DNA of 64,000 nucleotides from Spirulina sp. GTDB lineage: Bacteria > Cyanobacteriota > Cyanobacteriia > Phormidesmidales > Phormidesmidaceae. Of the stretch, positions 9,620 to 20,625 are shown piece by piece; position 1 is the first letter of the stretch, and each line of letters starts with the position of its first letter. The stretch lies in contig JBIPSI010000001.1 in NCBI GenBank assembly GCA_044070495.1, positions 1 to 64,000 of the forward strand, given 5' to 3'. The position numbers and the translations under genes were made by a program. Below the pieces are notes generated by a model. That model saw only the letters and a list, made by a program, of their open reading frames with translations. It ran no database searches and was not told the DNA's origin.

Positions 9620-11005
9620 CTAAAAGTCGATGCTGTCGGGGGTGCGGGGGAAGGGAATCACATCGCGGATGTTGCCCATTCCGGTCATAAACTGCACTAA
9701 GCGTTCAAATCCAAGGCCAAATCCGGCGTGGGGCACGGTGCCAAAGCGGCGCAGATCCAAGTACCACCAGTAGTCTTCGATGGGCAAACCCGCCTCCTGA
9801 ATGCGGCGTTCTAGCACGTCCAACCGTTCTTCGCGTTGGGAGCCGCCAATGATTTCCCCCACCTTGGGAGCCAGCACGTCCATAGCCGCAACCGTCTCGC
9901 CGCCGTCGTTCAGACGCATGTAGAAGGCTTTGATGCCCGTGGGATAGTCGGTGACGATGACGGGCTTTTTGAAGAGTTCCTCCGCCAGATAACGCTCGTG
10001 TTCGGATTGCAGGTCGATGCCCCACTGCACCGGGAACTCGAAGGTTTTGTCGGCCTTTTCCAGCAGTTTGACCGCTTCGGTGTAGGTGATACGCTCGAAG
10101 GTGTTGTTAATAATGTTGTCGGCGGTGGCGAGGACGGAATCATCAATGCGCTGGTTGAAGAATTCCATGTCCTCCGGGCAGGCGTTCAGCACCGAACTAA
10201 AGATGTACTTGAGGAAGTCCTCGGCCAAATCCATGTTGCCCACCAGGTCGCAGAAGGCCATTTCGGGTTCCACCATCCAAAATTCCGCCAGGTGGCGGGA
10301 GGTGTTGGAGTTTTCGGCTCGGAAGGTGGGGCCAAAGGTATAGACATCCTTAAAGGCCATGGCCATGATCTCGGCCTCTAGCTGGCCGCTGACGGTGAGG
10401 TAGGCGGGTTTGCCGAAGAAATCCTGGCTGTAGTCCACAGATCCTTCGGCGGTTCTGGGTACTTGAGTTAGGTCAAGACCCGTGACCGCAAACATTTCCC
10501 CTGCCCCCTCGCAATCGCTGGCGGTGATGATGGGGGTGTGCATCCACAAAAAGCCCTGTTCTTGGAAAAACTGGTGGATGGCCTGGGCGCAGGCATTCCG
10601 CACCCGAAAGACAGCCCCCAGGGTGTTGGTGCGGGCGCGCAGATGGCCCAGGCCACGTAGAAACTCAAAGGAATGGCGCTTTTTCTGAAGGGGATAAGTC
10701 TCTCCATCCGCCGTGCCAAAGACGGTGATGGTCTGGCCCTGAAGCTCCACCCGCTGTCCCTTACCGGGGGATTCCACCAGGTCGCCACCAATCTCCACGG
10801 AAGATCCCGTGGTCAGCGCCTTGACCACCGTGTCGTAGTCGGCCATGTCGGCATTCAGCACCACCTGCAACCCCGCCATGGAGGATCCATCGTTCACCTC
10901 CAAAAAGGTGATGCCCTTGCCCTCTCGCTTGGTGCGTACCCAACCCTGAAGGGTGATGGCTTGGCCTGGGGTGCCGGAATGCAGAATGTCTCGAATACGT
11001 GGCAT
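9620..11005 (-). CDS. asnS: Asparagine--tRNA ligase
   Basis: [54 protein letters not shown]. Confidence 0.98.
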   Translation of the reverse strand: MPRIRDILHSGTPGQAITLQGWVRTKREGKGITFLEVNDGSSMAGLQVVLNADMADYDTVVKALTTGSSVEIGGDLVESPGKGQRVELQGQTITVFGTADGETYPLQKKRHSFEFLRGLGHLRARTNTLGAVFRVRNACAQAIHQFFQEQGFLWMHTPIITASDCEGAGEMFAVTGLDLTQVPRTAEGSVDYSQDFFGKPAYLTVSGQLEAEIMAMAFKDVYTFGPTFRAENSNTSRHLAEFWMVEPEMAFCDLVGNMDLAEDFLKYIFSSVLNACPEDMEFFNQRIDDSVLATADNIINNTFERITYTEAVKLLEKADKTFEFPVQWGIDLQSEHERYLAEELFKKPVIVTDYPTGIKAFYMRLNDGGETVAAMDVLAPKVGEIIGGSQREERLDVLERRIQEAGLPIEDYWWYLDLRRFGTVPHAGFGLGFERLVQFMTGMGNIRDVIPFPRTPDSIDF

Positions 11006-11183
11006 GGTTCAGCGCAGGTTAATGGGTCACTGTTCCCTATTTTGACCCATGTTGCCCCTCTCACCCATGTCGCTCAGGATGTCCTGGGATGGGATGACGG
11101 GTCGGGCGGCGTTGGCTGGGTGCTTCCTCTCGGTAAAATCCTAGATCGGCCTAGTCCGCTGAATTCTAGTCCGCTAAATTGAG

Positions 11184-11385
11184 ATAGCGGATTTTCCTTG
11201 AATGAGGTGCACTAAGATCCCCCCAGCCTCCCTTATCGAGCTACTGTGTACACACAAGTCCTTGACGTAGACGATATAGGGAATCGATCCCCCCTAGCCC
11301 CCCTTAAAAAGGGGGGCGGAATCAAAGTCCCCCTTTTTAAGGGGGATTTAGGGGTATCTCCAAGGACTTACGGCATGAAAACAAG
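11184..11385. repeat. Left half of ATAGC-type repeat with an inserted GCTAC-type MITE
   Basis: ATAGCGG..GAGGTGC..CCTTATCGA then GCTACTGTGTACAC...CCCCCCTAGCCCCCCTTAAAAAGGGGGG...GAAAACAAG. Confidence 0.7.
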
Positions 11386-11498
11386 GGTAGTCCTATTTCG
11401 TACAGGCTAGAGAATAATCAGGCGACCCTAAAGACCTTACGGCAGTAGATTGCTGTTTCTGGCTGATTTTTCTCTGACCCGTAGATTAATGCACTACC
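11386..11498. mobile_element. 113-bp IS1-derived miniature element
   Basis: Begins GGTAGTCCTA, ends TTAATGCACTACC; last ~35 bp resemble the IS1 end at 2618-2653. Confidence 0.6.
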
Positions 11499-11533
11499 AG
11501 AAATGTATGTCTGAAGATCCTGGAGAATGCCTG

Positions 11534-12091
11534 ATGTTGGGTGATCTATTGACCTCGGAAACGCTGTGGCACTGGTTACGCCGTCTGGGCCTAGCTTTGT
11601 TGCTGGGTTTGGTTCTGTTGCTGGCCACCGCTGCCCCGGCCTGGGCCTCCGTTCATACCTACCACGAACAACCGGGTCAAACCACCTATCGTTCTCGCCA
11701 AAGCCTGCGCGACCATCGGGATTTGGCTTGGCAGGCGACGGTCTTCAAGCGCTACCGAGGGCAGGATATCCAGGGCATCTACCTGCGTTTGGTGGGTTTT
11801 CCGGGGCAGGTGACGGTGGATCGCCAGGGGGGCCTCACCATTGAGACGGGCACCACTGCCCAGTGGGTCGCTCCCTATGCCTTGGATCCCCAAACTCCGG
11901 CCTCAGTGCTTCCGGATAACGTCAGTCAGTACGACATGGCCGATGTGTTAGGGGATCTGTCCCGTCCTATTCCCCTCACCCTGGCGGTACCCTTGGTGGG
12001 TCAACCCCCGGCCCGTTTGGTGGTGGCCCCCTACGTGGTCGAAGAATGGCTCACCATTGCCCACACCCTCCCCACCGACCCAGACCTGTAG
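11534..12091 (+). CDS. DUF3122 domain exported protein
   Basis: Signal peptide then EQPGQTTYRSRQSLRD...AWQATVFKR...LRLVGFPG. Confidence 0.8.
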   Translation: MLGDLLTSETLWHWLRRLGLALLLGLVLLLATAAPAWASVHTYHEQPGQTTYRSRQSLRDHRDLAWQATVFKRYRGQDIQGIYLRLVGFPGQVTVDRQGGLTIETGTTAQWVAPYALDPQTPASVLPDNVSQYDMADVLGDLSRPIPLTLAVPLVGQPPARLVVAPYVVEEWLTIAHTLPTDPDL

Positions 12092-12239
12092 GGTGGGGGG
12101 CCTGTGGGGAGGAACGTATCAAGGGATCCCAATGGGGCGAAAATCCAAAGAAGGCTGAACTTGTTGGGGCAAGCCCAAAGATTGGCACTATCCTGATAAA
12201 GACTTCTGTATTGCGCCACTGTCCAGTCCAGCCGTAGTT

Positions 12240-13151
12240 ATGCAAAACTTTCTGCCCATCGCCTATTTTGAAGGCCAGTTTCGGGATTTTAACGACGCCA
12301 AACTTTCCATTGCCACCCACGCCCTGCACTACGGCACCGGAGCCTTTGGCGGATTGCGGGGCATTCCCGATCCTCAGCAGGAAGGGCAGATCTTGTTGTT
12401 TCGGCTGGATCGCCACAGTCAGCGCCTTAGCACCAGTGCGCGACTGTTGAACTACGATCTACCCGCCGAAACCATTCAGTCGGTGCTGGTGGATTTTGTC
12501 AAGAAGAATCAGCCTCAGGTGTCGTTTTATATGCGGCCCTTTGTCTACACCTCAGATTTGGGCATTTCTCCCCGCCTGCACAAGGTCGAAAAGAATTTCT
12601 TTGTCTACGGCCTAGAGTTGGGGGATTATCTCTCCCCGGAGGGGGTCTCCTGCCGGATTAGCTCCTGGTATCGCCAGGAAGACCGCAGCCTGCCCCTGCG
12701 CGGCAAAATCAGCGGGGCCTACATTACCTCCTCCCTGGCCAAAACCGAGGCGGTAGAATCCGGCTTTGATGAGGCGATTCTAATGAATTCCCAGGGCAAG
12801 GTGAGCGAGGCCTCCGGGATGAATGTGTTCATTGTTCGCAACGGCAAGCTGATTACCCCCGGCTTTGAGCAAGACATCCTGGAGGGCATCACCCGCGACA
12901 GCATCCTCACCGTGGCCCGTGACCTGGGCATCGAGGTGGTGGAGCGTCCGGTGGACAAAACGGAACTATTCATTGCCGACGAAGTGTTCCTCAGCGGCAC
13001 GGCAGCCAAAATTACCCCGGTGCGCCAGGTGGAAACCTACACCACCCCCACCCATCGTCCCATTACCACCCTGCTGCGCGACAAACTAACCGCCATCACC
13101 GAAGGGCGCGATCCTGCCTACGAATCCTGGGTTTTCCGGGTGGCCCTGTAA
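12240..13151 (+). CDS. ilvE: Branched-chain amino acid aminotransferase
   Basis: THALHYGTGAFGGLRG, KISGAY, EASGMN, LEGITR, GTAAKITP. Confidence 0.95.
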   Translation: MQNFLPIAYFEGQFRDFNDAKLSIATHALHYGTGAFGGLRGIPDPQQEGQILLFRLDRHSQRLSTSARLLNYDLPAETIQSVLVDFVKKNQPQVSFYMRPFVYTSDLGISPRLHKVEKNFFVYGLELGDYLSPEGVSCRISSWYRQEDRSLPLRGKISGAYITSSLAKTEAVESGFDEAILMNSQGKVSEASGMNVFIVRNGKLITPGFEQDILEGITRDSILTVARDLGIEVVERPVDKTELFIADEVFLSGTAAKITPVRQVETYTTPTHRPITTLLRDKLTAITEGRDPAYESWVFRVAL

Positions 13152-13329
13152 TACTCAATCCTGTTTGGCTGCCCTTGATTCCCCAGCGGTGCATTGCGGC
13201 TCGTTAAGGTGATTAAGACGTAGACCGGTAGAGGGTAGAGCCGCGTAGGCTGTGCCGCGCCCTTGGCGCTATGCACCCTACGAGTCCTAGGTTTTCCGCA
13301 TTGCCCTGTAGGGTCTAGGCTCAATTGGT

Positions 13330-14466
13330 CTAGGCTTCGGCGGGTTGGTATTCCCACAGGCGCAGGGTGCCATCCCAGCCAGCACTTACCCAGCGAGGAA
13401 TGCCGTCGCTGTTGGGTACCGAGGTCACCGACCACACCCGCCCTTCATGGCCCTGGAGAATGGCGATCAGCTTGCCCTGGTCGATGTGCCACAGCCGCAC
13501 CGTGCCGTCATTGCTGGCGGTGGCGAGTAAGCGACCATCTTCGTTGAAGGCGAGGCTGTTGACCGGGGCGCTGTGGGCCTTGAAGGCGGTGATCTGTCGG
13601 CCACTGTTGAGCTTCCAAAACCGCACGGTGCAGTCGGCCCCGGCGCTGGCTAGCATCCAGTTATTGGGGCTAGCGGCCACCGAGAGCACCTCCCCGTGGT
13701 GGCCCCGCAGAACATGGTCGCGGCCCTTACCCCGTAGTCGATGGAGGCGCACCGTATGGTCTTGGCTACCGCTGATCAGCGTGGTGCCATCGGGGCTAAC
13801 CGCCAGGGTCCGCACCCAGTGGGTATGGCCGCTAAAGCGATGGATTAGGGCTTGATCCGGCATCCGCCAAACGCCAATGTGGTTATCTTGGCCGCCGCTA
13901 AACAGATAGCGTCCTTGATGACAGAAGGTGATGGCCCGCACCCAGTCGCCATGGCCTTGGTATTGCCCTAGGCATTCGCCATCGTGTAAGCGCCAGAGGT
14001 AGATGGCGCTGTCGTTGCTGACGGTGGCAAAGGTTTGGCTGTCGGGGCTGATGGCCACCGCCCGTACCCAGGCCCGGTGATGGTCGAGGGTATACAGCAG
14101 GGTGCCCGTGGCCAGATGCCACACCCGCACCGTTTTGTCGCCGCCGCCGCTGACCATTAAACTGCCGTCCGCACTGATGGCTACGGAACGCACCCAACTG
14201 GTGTGAGCCGCTATCACGCGGGTACAGGCCCAGCGATGGGCGGTGTAGGGAGAGAGCACAGGTTGTTCTGCTGGAATCTCGGTGGCAGATGGCTCGATCT
14301 GGCCCAAGTCCGCCATATCCACCAGCTCTAGGGCTGGATCTTCCGAGGGCAACCCCTCACCGCTATTGAGGTTACTGGTTAGGTCCGTGGTTCCCCAGGG
14401 GCTTGGGGAGTTAGATGAATGGTCAGGATGCGAAACAGGCATCGCGAGGGAAGTCTTAGTCTGCAT
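13330..14466 (-). CDS. WD40-repeat protein
   Basis: About seven GH..WVR.VA.S.DG...SG..D.TVR.W repeats. Confidence 0.9.
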   Translation of the reverse strand: MQTKTSLAMPVSHPDHSSNSPSPWGTTDLTSNLNSGEGLPSEDPALELVDMADLGQIEPSATEIPAEQPVLSPYTAHRWACTRVIAAHTSWVRSVAISADGSLMVSGGGDKTVRVWHLATGTLLYTLDHHRAWVRAVAISPDSQTFATVSNDSAIYLWRLHDGECLGQYQGHGDWVRAITFCHQGRYLFSGGQDNHIGVWRMPDQALIHRFSGHTHWVRTLAVSPDGTTLISGSQDHTVRLHRLRGKGRDHVLRGHHGEVLSVAASPNNWMLASAGADCTVRFWKLNSGRQITAFKAHSAPVNSLAFNEDGRLLATASNDGTVRLWHIDQGKLIAILQGHEGRVWSVTSVPNSDGIPRWVSAGWDGTLRLWEYQPAEA

Positions 14467-14690
14467 GGATTCAGCCAGTCTGCTAGGACAACGGTTCTGG
14501 GGGGCACCATGGGGGCTGTGCGGTCCACTAAAATCCGCACAAAGGTGCTGGCCTATCCCTCAACCTCAGGTTTCGGGATATCCGAATGATCACCGTTGAC
14601 TACACCCTGTCAGTATCCTATTTCCGAAACGTTCCCTTTGGGTATAGAAAATTCTGGGGTCTAGGGATTTGCGATGGACGGCCTAGCCCG

Positions 14691-16922
14691 CTAACGGACG
14701 CACTGGGGATGGAGGCCACCCTGCTGACAGATGTAGGCGATCTGGTCGGCATCTAGGTTTTTGGCCTCAGAAAAGTCTACGGCGGCGAGGGCATCGCCCG
14801 ATTCTGGTTCGGTGAGGGGGGCGATAAAGCCATTTACCGGGGCAGTGGCGACGGCCACAAAGGTTGCTCCTTGCAAATTGGCCCCCGCCAGGTTGGCCCC
14901 TTGGAGTACCACGTCTTGCAGGTTGGCGTTTTGCAGGTTGGCGTTTTGTAGGTTGGCGTTTTGCAGGTTGGCCTGGGTGAGGCGGCTATGGCTAAGGTCG
15001 GCCTCGGCTAGGTTGGCCCCGTTGAGGGTGCTGTCTTGCAGGTCGGCGGCCTGGAGGTCGGCCCGTACCAGGGTGGCTTCGCTGAGGTTGGCCCCGGCTA
15101 GGGTGGCCTCCCGCAGGCGGGCCTCGGTGAAGTCGGCCTGGGTAAGTTGGGCCTCGGTTAAATCGGCCCCCACTAGGCTGGTGCCTCGGAATTGGGCCTG
15201 ATCGGCCTCGGCGGCAATGAACAGGGCGCTGCTGGCATTGGCCCCAGAGAAATCGGCGTGATGGGCCTTGGCGTTGCTGAGGTTAGCCCGCAGCAGGCTG
15301 GTATTGGCAAAGAGGACGTGGCGCAGTTGGGCCGCCACTAGGCTGGCCTCGGTGAGGTCGGATCCACTGAAGTCGGCAATCCAGTCGTCGAAGGTATCAG
15401 GGCGACCATCGGGGCCGGGGTCAAACAAAATCGCCTTGCGCAGCCGCGCCCCCGACAACACCGCCCGGTGCCAGCGGATTCCGGCCAGGTTTTGCTGCTC
15501 TAGCACCAGGGTAAAGGTGTCTGGCCCCTCCAGCACATGGGCGAGGTTGGTGCCACTCAGGTCTGCGCCGTTAAACTGGCCGCTGTGTAGCACCAGAATC
15601 TTTGCTAGGGTGCGCTTTACGGTGCGCTGGCGCAGTTGGGCAATCAGACGTTGGTCGGGGGCGAGGGCCACAATGTCGTTGGCCAGGGTGAGGTTGAGGC
15701 GTTGGAGATGGGGAAGGGTCGGTGGCCCTAGGGTGACCAAGGCCTGCTGAATCGTATCTAGGAGGGCCGGATCCCCCGTTTGGGCCAAGAGATCCACCAG
15801 TAGGGTAATGGCCCTGGGGTCTTGGCTGCTGGCCAGGGCCAGGGCTGCCGCCTGCTGATCCCGAAAGGTGTTGGCCTTCAGGCTCAGGTTTTCCACGAGG
15901 GCGAGAAATAGGTCGTCGCTGCCGATGGTTCCAGGGGAGACCGTGGGGCCGACCATCGTCTGCCGCCGCCAGCCATAGCCCAGGGCCATTGCCAGGGCCA
16001 AACCCGCCACGCCCAGCCCCACCCAGCCCCAGGGCAACGGCCACCACCGCCGAGATCGAGCCTCCTCCAGGGGGGAGAGCACAATCGCCCGCAGGCCCCC
16101 TTCCTCTTGGGTGACGGTCAGCAGTTGGGCCTGGGCAAAGGGAAATAGCCGATGGGCCGCCGTGGCCACTGTGGGCCTCACTAGGGCGGTTTGGGCACCG
16201 TGGGGGGAGGCCACATCGACGGTGGCGTTCCGGGCTTCGGTGTGTTTGACGGGAAGCTGTCCGCCCCGCAGCAGTAAGACTTTGGTACCCGCCAGGTGAT
16301 CGTGGAGGGCACGCCGCGAGGAATTCGTGAACCCCGTGGCCCCCAACGCCAACCCACAGGCCAGCACCAGGCCACCACCGCTCACCGCCGTCAGCAGGGT
16401 GCCGCTGCCCAGCCACACCAGATAGGCCACCCCCAGGGGGCAACCCACCCGACCCAGGCCCTCCCGCAGCAGGGCCACGCGGTAACCGGGCATCTCGTTG
16501 TCTAGGGTGACCACCTGCAACCCCAACCAAGCCTTGGGCCAGCTTTTACCCGTCCGCGCCAGTTGGTGGATGTGCCCCCCCGCCAGAAGTATGGGCAGCA
16601 GCACCCCACTAAACCACAACAAATTGGTGGCCACGGGCACCTCATTCACCAAGCTGGTGCGGGGCCGTCCCAGGGTGCGAGCCGCGCCCTCCTGCACCAC
16701 CTGCGACACCGGATTCAGGGGCACCAGATTGACCTCAACCCGCTGACGCACGGCTTCCCCCAGCGCCCAGGGCACCGCCGCTGATCCCACCAACACCGTC
16801 ACCTCTAGCCCCCAGGCCAACAGCCGTCGTAGGGCCAAGCTATGGCGGTTCGACAGCACCCCCTTCACCCGATCCGCCGATACGGGGGTTGCCATAGATT
16901 GGGGATGGGACGTCTGGGCCAT
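14691..16922 (-). CDS. RDD + HEAT-like + pentapeptide repeat protein (HglK-like)
   Basis: RRLLAWGLE and RRALHDHLAGT RDD motifs; C-terminal A(D/N)Lxx repeats. Confidence 0.85.
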   Translation of the reverse strand: MAQTSHPQSMATPVSADRVKGVLSNRHSLALRRLLAWGLEVTVLVGSAAVPWALGEAVRQRVEVNLVPLNPVSQVVQEGAARTLGRPRTSLVNEVPVATNLLWFSGVLLPILLAGGHIHQLARTGKSWPKAWLGLQVVTLDNEMPGYRVALLREGLGRVGCPLGVAYLVWLGSGTLLTAVSGGGLVLACGLALGATGFTNSSRRALHDHLAGTKVLLLRGGQLPVKHTEARNATVDVASPHGAQTALVRPTVATAAHRLFPFAQAQLLTVTQEEGGLRAIVLSPLEEARSRRWWPLPWGWVGLGVAGLALAMALGYGWRRQTMVGPTVSPGTIGSDDLFLALVENLSLKANTFRDQQAAALALASSQDPRAITLLVDLLAQTGDPALLDTIQQALVTLGPPTLPHLQRLNLTLANDIVALAPDQRLIAQLRQRTVKRTLAKILVLHSGQFNGADLSGTNLAHVLEGPDTFTLVLEQQNLAGIRWHRAVLSGARLRKAILFDPGPDGRPDTFDDWIADFSGSDLTEASLVAAQLRHVLFANTSLLRANLSNAKAHHADFSGANASSALFIAAEADQAQFRGTSLVGADLTEAQLTQADFTEARLREATLAGANLSEATLVRADLQAADLQDSTLNGANLAEADLSHSRLTQANLQNANLQNANLQNANLQDVVLQGANLAGANLQGATFVAVATAPVNGFIAPLTEPESGDALAAVDFSEAKNLDADQIAYICQQGGLHPQCVR

Positions 16923-17429
16923 AATCCACCGTTGCCGATACAGCACTACCGAGCAAGCCTGCTAGCAAAAGCCGACCTTTAACCACCACCCTAGGTTTCC
17001 AGGTTTCCAGGTTTCCAGGTTTCTAGGTTTCCTTGGACCTTGCCCCAGCGTTCCCCGCGTTGTATCGATGGAAGATATCCGCTGGACTTTCCATGGATCG
17101 CACATGCCGTGGATCCTAGTTTTGGGGAGTCCCATGGAGAGATGTCTGCCTTCGAGGGGCTAGGGATGGCGATAGTGCTTTATGTTGTAGCACTCAATAG
17201 CGGTTATGAGCATAGAACTTCGCAGAACTCGAACAACCCCGGTCGGGCACTCCGAAAACTGGCATAATCTAGCCGATTCCCTTGCCTAGGCTTTCTACCA
17301 TGGAGATAGGTTAATCCATGCCTATCCAATGGGTTGATCGGCTATCGAGGTACCCCTATCGCCACCGATGTTAGGGGTTTCGTTCACAACATTAGTTCAC
17401 ACCCTTTGGGCTAAGGAGGCCCTGCGGCC

Positions 17430-17843
17430 ATGAAAGCGATTCGTCAAACCCTTACCCTATCCGCCGTTACGCTTGCTGTTGCCTTAGCATCTGGCCCCAG
17501 CTTGGCCCAGGCCGTGGCCCAAACGCCACTGGTCCAGCCCTTACAGATCCAGGGATCGGTTCGCCCTAGCCAACCCTCCACCTGTGGCGTTCTGCCCACG
17601 GAACCTACCCAGGTTTTGGAGGTAACGGAGGACTTCGCGGCCATCAGCATCGCCACCAGCGGTAGCCCTGGGCTGACCCTATTTGTTGAAGGCCCCAATG
17701 GCTTTAGCGAGTGCCATATCACCAGCGACGCTGCTGGTACGGTCAATGCTCCGGGACTGCTCAACCGGGGCCGCTATCGCTTCTACGTGGGCAACGCTAA
17801 TCCGGTGCCCACCGCCTACCAACTCACCCTCAGCCAAGATTAG
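17430..17843 (+). CDS. Secreted hypothetical protein
   Basis: AAGGAGG SD, signal peptide, two Cys, TLFVEGP..GRYRFYVG motif. Confidence 0.7.
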   Translation: MKAIRQTLTLSAVTLAVALASGPSLAQAVAQTPLVQPLQIQGSVRPSQPSTCGVLPTEPTQVLEVTEDFAAISIATSGSPGLTLFVEGPNGFSECHITSDAAGTVNAPGLLNRGRYRFYVGNANPVPTAYQLTLSQD

Positions 17844-17889
17844 CCGCACCATCTGCCCATCGACCGTCAATGGGTAATCTGAGGTCGGG

Positions 17890-18495
17890 CTAGAGCAACT
17901 CCCTAGCACGGCGCACGGTATAGGGCAGAACACCCACCAGCAGGGCAAAGGCCTCATCGGGCACCTGCTCCACAATGCTGGGATCGAAGTAGCTCTTAAA
18001 TTGCTCTAGGATCATCCGCGCCCGGTCGATGGCCACGGGTTTGTCAGTAAAGTTTTGGGTAAGGCGCACCCATTGCAAGCGAATCTTGAGAGCCTTCTGC
18101 TGCTCCTCCGGGCTGGTGGAAGGCAGCAGGGATAAACTACCGAGGGGAATCACACCCCGGCAATCATCATCCAGGCCACCGCCCACGGCGGCTCCGGGAC
18201 CAGCAAATTCTGTGTAAAACTCTTTGTGGATAATGAGACCATTGCGGCGACGACTGTTGACAATCCACAGATTTTGACCACGGATTTTGGTCAAAATGTC
18301 GTCATTGGCCGATCCAGGCTGGGAGGATGGCGACGAACCTTGCCCCCCTACCATTGGGGCTGGGTAGGACGTAGCCATAGATATGGGTCTGATCAAGCGA
18401 GATGGAACAACATTTGCTAGGGCCGAAGGGATACCTGGCTGGGGCCACCCCAATGGGCTAGGCCCTGAAGGGCTGGGCTCAAAGTAGTAGCTCAT
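17890..18495 (-). CDS. Conserved cyanobacterial hypothetical protein (possible Crp-like C-terminal HTH)
   Basis: NSRRRNGLI...EFAGPGAAVGG...FALLVGVLPYTV. Confidence 0.6.
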   Translation of the reverse strand: MSYYFEPSPSGPSPLGWPQPGIPSALANVVPSRLIRPISMATSYPAPMVGGQGSSPSSQPGSANDDILTKIRGQNLWIVNSRRRNGLIIHKEFYTEFAGPGAAVGGGLDDDCRGVIPLGSLSLLPSTSPEEQQKALKIRLQWVRLTQNFTDKPVAIDRARMILEQFKSYFDPSIVEQVPDEAFALLVGVLPYTVRRARELL

Positions 18496-18754
18496 GCTGA
18501 CCAAGCACCGAGGGACAAAAACCGAGGGACAAAACGAAACGATGCGCCAACACACTATCGTTCAGGTCATATTCTAAGGCACCCTTTCCTAAGTTTTCGA
18601 GGGAAGCCCTAGAATCCCCTGAAGGGCGCATTAATTTCTAGATCTAGAGTATGAACTTTACGTGAATTCATCTCCGTAGATTCATCCGTGAGTCCATCCG
18701 TAGATATGCCTCCAGAAGATATGCCTCCAGAGATACCTCCACCTCACAGCCGCG

Positions 18755-19435
18755 CTAGGATGTACCTGGCCTAGGGGACGATGCCACGGCCTTGTGAAGC
18801 AGCAGACGCCGCGTTTGCAGCCCAAGCCACACCGCCAGGGTTTCTTCGTGGTGAAACACCTCGAACCCCGCTCGGCGATAGAGGCGGCGCGCTCCCGGAT
18901 TATCCTCCATCACATGTAAATAGAGGTGGTCAAGCTGCCAGGTCGTGGCTAGGGCTTCACAGGCGACCAACAGTTGAGCTGCCCAACCCTGCCGTCGATG
19001 GGACTGGGCCACCGCCAGGTTGGAAATGTAGGCATACTGGGGGCTGGTGGGTTGCCAAGGCCAGGACTGCCGCTGGGAGATCTCCACTGTACCCACAATG
19101 ATGTCTTTAGCCAGAGGGGCTTCGGCCAAGGAAGGGCTGCCGACCGTCGCTGGAGCCACTACCGCAAGGCAGGCATAGCGGGATCGATCCGTTTTAAGGC
19201 GCTGTTTTAAATCTTCCTTAATGCCGAGCTTGAGGATGGGATACAGCCAAGCCAACCAGCCCGTATGGTCATAGAAACTACTGGCCAGCACTTCCGTCAG
19301 TTCTTCCAAGTCCTCTAGGTTGGCGGCCCGAATGTGGGGCGAGGGCCAAGGGTGGGGGGTGGCTCGCTCCTGGGAACGGTGGACTGCCGCAGGGGCCCCA
19401 GTCCGCAGAGATGCATCGAAGGTGGATTCAGCCAT
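18755..19435 (-). CDS. GNAT N-acetyltransferase
   Basis: YISNLAVAQSHRRQGWA...LHVMEDNPGARRLYRRAGF. Confidence 0.9.
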   Translation of the reverse strand: MAESTFDASLRTGAPAAVHRSQERATPHPWPSPHIRAANLEDLEELTEVLASSFYDHTGWLAWLYPILKLGIKEDLKQRLKTDRSRYACLAVVAPATVGSPSLAEAPLAKDIIVGTVEISQRQSWPWQPTSPQYAYISNLAVAQSHRRQGWAAQLLVACEALATTWQLDHLYLHVMEDNPGARRLYRRAGFEVFHHEETLAVWLGLQTRRLLLHKAVASSPRPGTS

Positions 19436-19556
19436 GGCATCTAAAAGTACGATTAAAGTACGCGGCTATAACCGGGGACATGGACAATTGGGGACGCTCT
19501 GGAAAAACTATAGCGGTTCTCCCCTGTGCTAACGCCCGTTCTAAGGTTAGTATCCC

Positions 19557-20570
19557 ATGACGACTTCGCCCTTTTTAACGCGGATTGAGTCCTCTAGAGA
19601 CCCCAAATCCCTTTGGCCCTTGGCGGCGGGGCTATCTGGGCTAGCCCATGGCATCTTGCTGCTAAGCCTACAGCCCTGGGCGAAGGTGGCCCCCTCCGTT
19701 GCCCACTCCCTTCAGCCTATTCCGATTCAACTGGTGGCCCTAGAGTCCAGTTCTGCGGCATCCCCAGAGACGTTTCCAAGGACATCCCCAGTAGCGTCTC
19801 CAGAGACTTCCCCAGAGACTTCCCCAGAAACAGTCCTAGGGACACCGCCCCATCAGAGTACCGCCCTACCAAAGCCCGGTGCTCTCCCGATTCCCGCCGA
19901 TGCCCCGTCGGTCAATCCTGAACCCATTCAGCCCCCGCCCCCAACCCCTCCAACGAGACCTCCCCAGGCAAGGCCAACGATCCTCCCTAACCCGTCATCC
20001 ACCGCCATCCCCGCCTCTGTAACCCCGCCGAACGTGCTTCCTGCGCCCAGTCTCCCGCCCCCCTCCTCCCCCCATCCCCCCACCGATTCTTTCCCCGTGG
20101 AGCAGCCCACCCTTCGCCCTGATCCTATCCCCCCACCTACGCTAGGTCCTGTCCCAGAACCTACCCTCCACCCGTCACCCGCCACCCCCACTCCTCCTAC
20201 CCCCACCGGGGGCCAACTCGTACCCCTAGGGATCAGCGCCACCCCCTACGGCAGCGATTGGCCCGATACCCCACCCCAGTTGTTGAGCACCGCCGAGATT
20301 GCCCTAACGCCATGGCTGGCTGGGTGTGGTGTGGCCGATTTGGGAATGATCGCGAGTCTGGGCACAACGGTGCGAATGCAGCTTCGGGTGCGGGTGGAAG
20401 CCGATGGCACCATCTCAGCGGCCTACGTGGATACCAGCAGCGGCAATCCCGCCCTAGACAACCTGGTAAGCTGCATAGGACAGCGGCAACTGAGACTCGC
20501 TCCAGCCATGGTGGCAGGACAGCCAACGATCACCGATGCCTACCAGGTTGAGGTGCAGGTGCAGTTTTAG
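19557..20570 (+). CDS. TonB-like proline-rich periplasmic protein
   Basis: TM helix with S..AH, long Pro-rich linker, C-terminal VEADGTI...SSGNPALD. Confidence 0.75.
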   Translation: MTTSPFLTRIESSRDPKSLWPLAAGLSGLAHGILLLSLQPWAKVAPSVAHSLQPIPIQLVALESSSAASPETFPRTSPVASPETSPETSPETVLGTPPHQSTALPKPGALPIPADAPSVNPEPIQPPPPTPPTRPPQARPTILPNPSSTAIPASVTPPNVLPAPSLPPPSSPHPPTDSFPVEQPTLRPDPIPPPTLGPVPEPTLHPSPATPTPPTPTGGQLVPLGISATPYGSDWPDTPPQLLSTAEIALTPWLAGCGVADLGMIASLGTTVRMQLRVRVEADGTISAAYVDTSSGNPALDNLVSCIGQRQLRLAPAMVAGQPTITDAYQVEVQVQF

Positions 20571-20625
20571 GGAAGGGTCGCTGGTTGACCAGAAACCAAG
20601 CAAAAAACCTGGGACAAGAAGCAGC

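Noticed and set aside
14880..15360. 15-nt periodic DNA repeats
   Set aside because: Explained by pentapeptide repeat coding.
15571..16530. 319-aa alternative-frame ORF and the many other overlapping ORFs in the track
   Set aside because: Shadow frames of GC-rich genes; Pro/Arg/Gly-rich with no family signatures.
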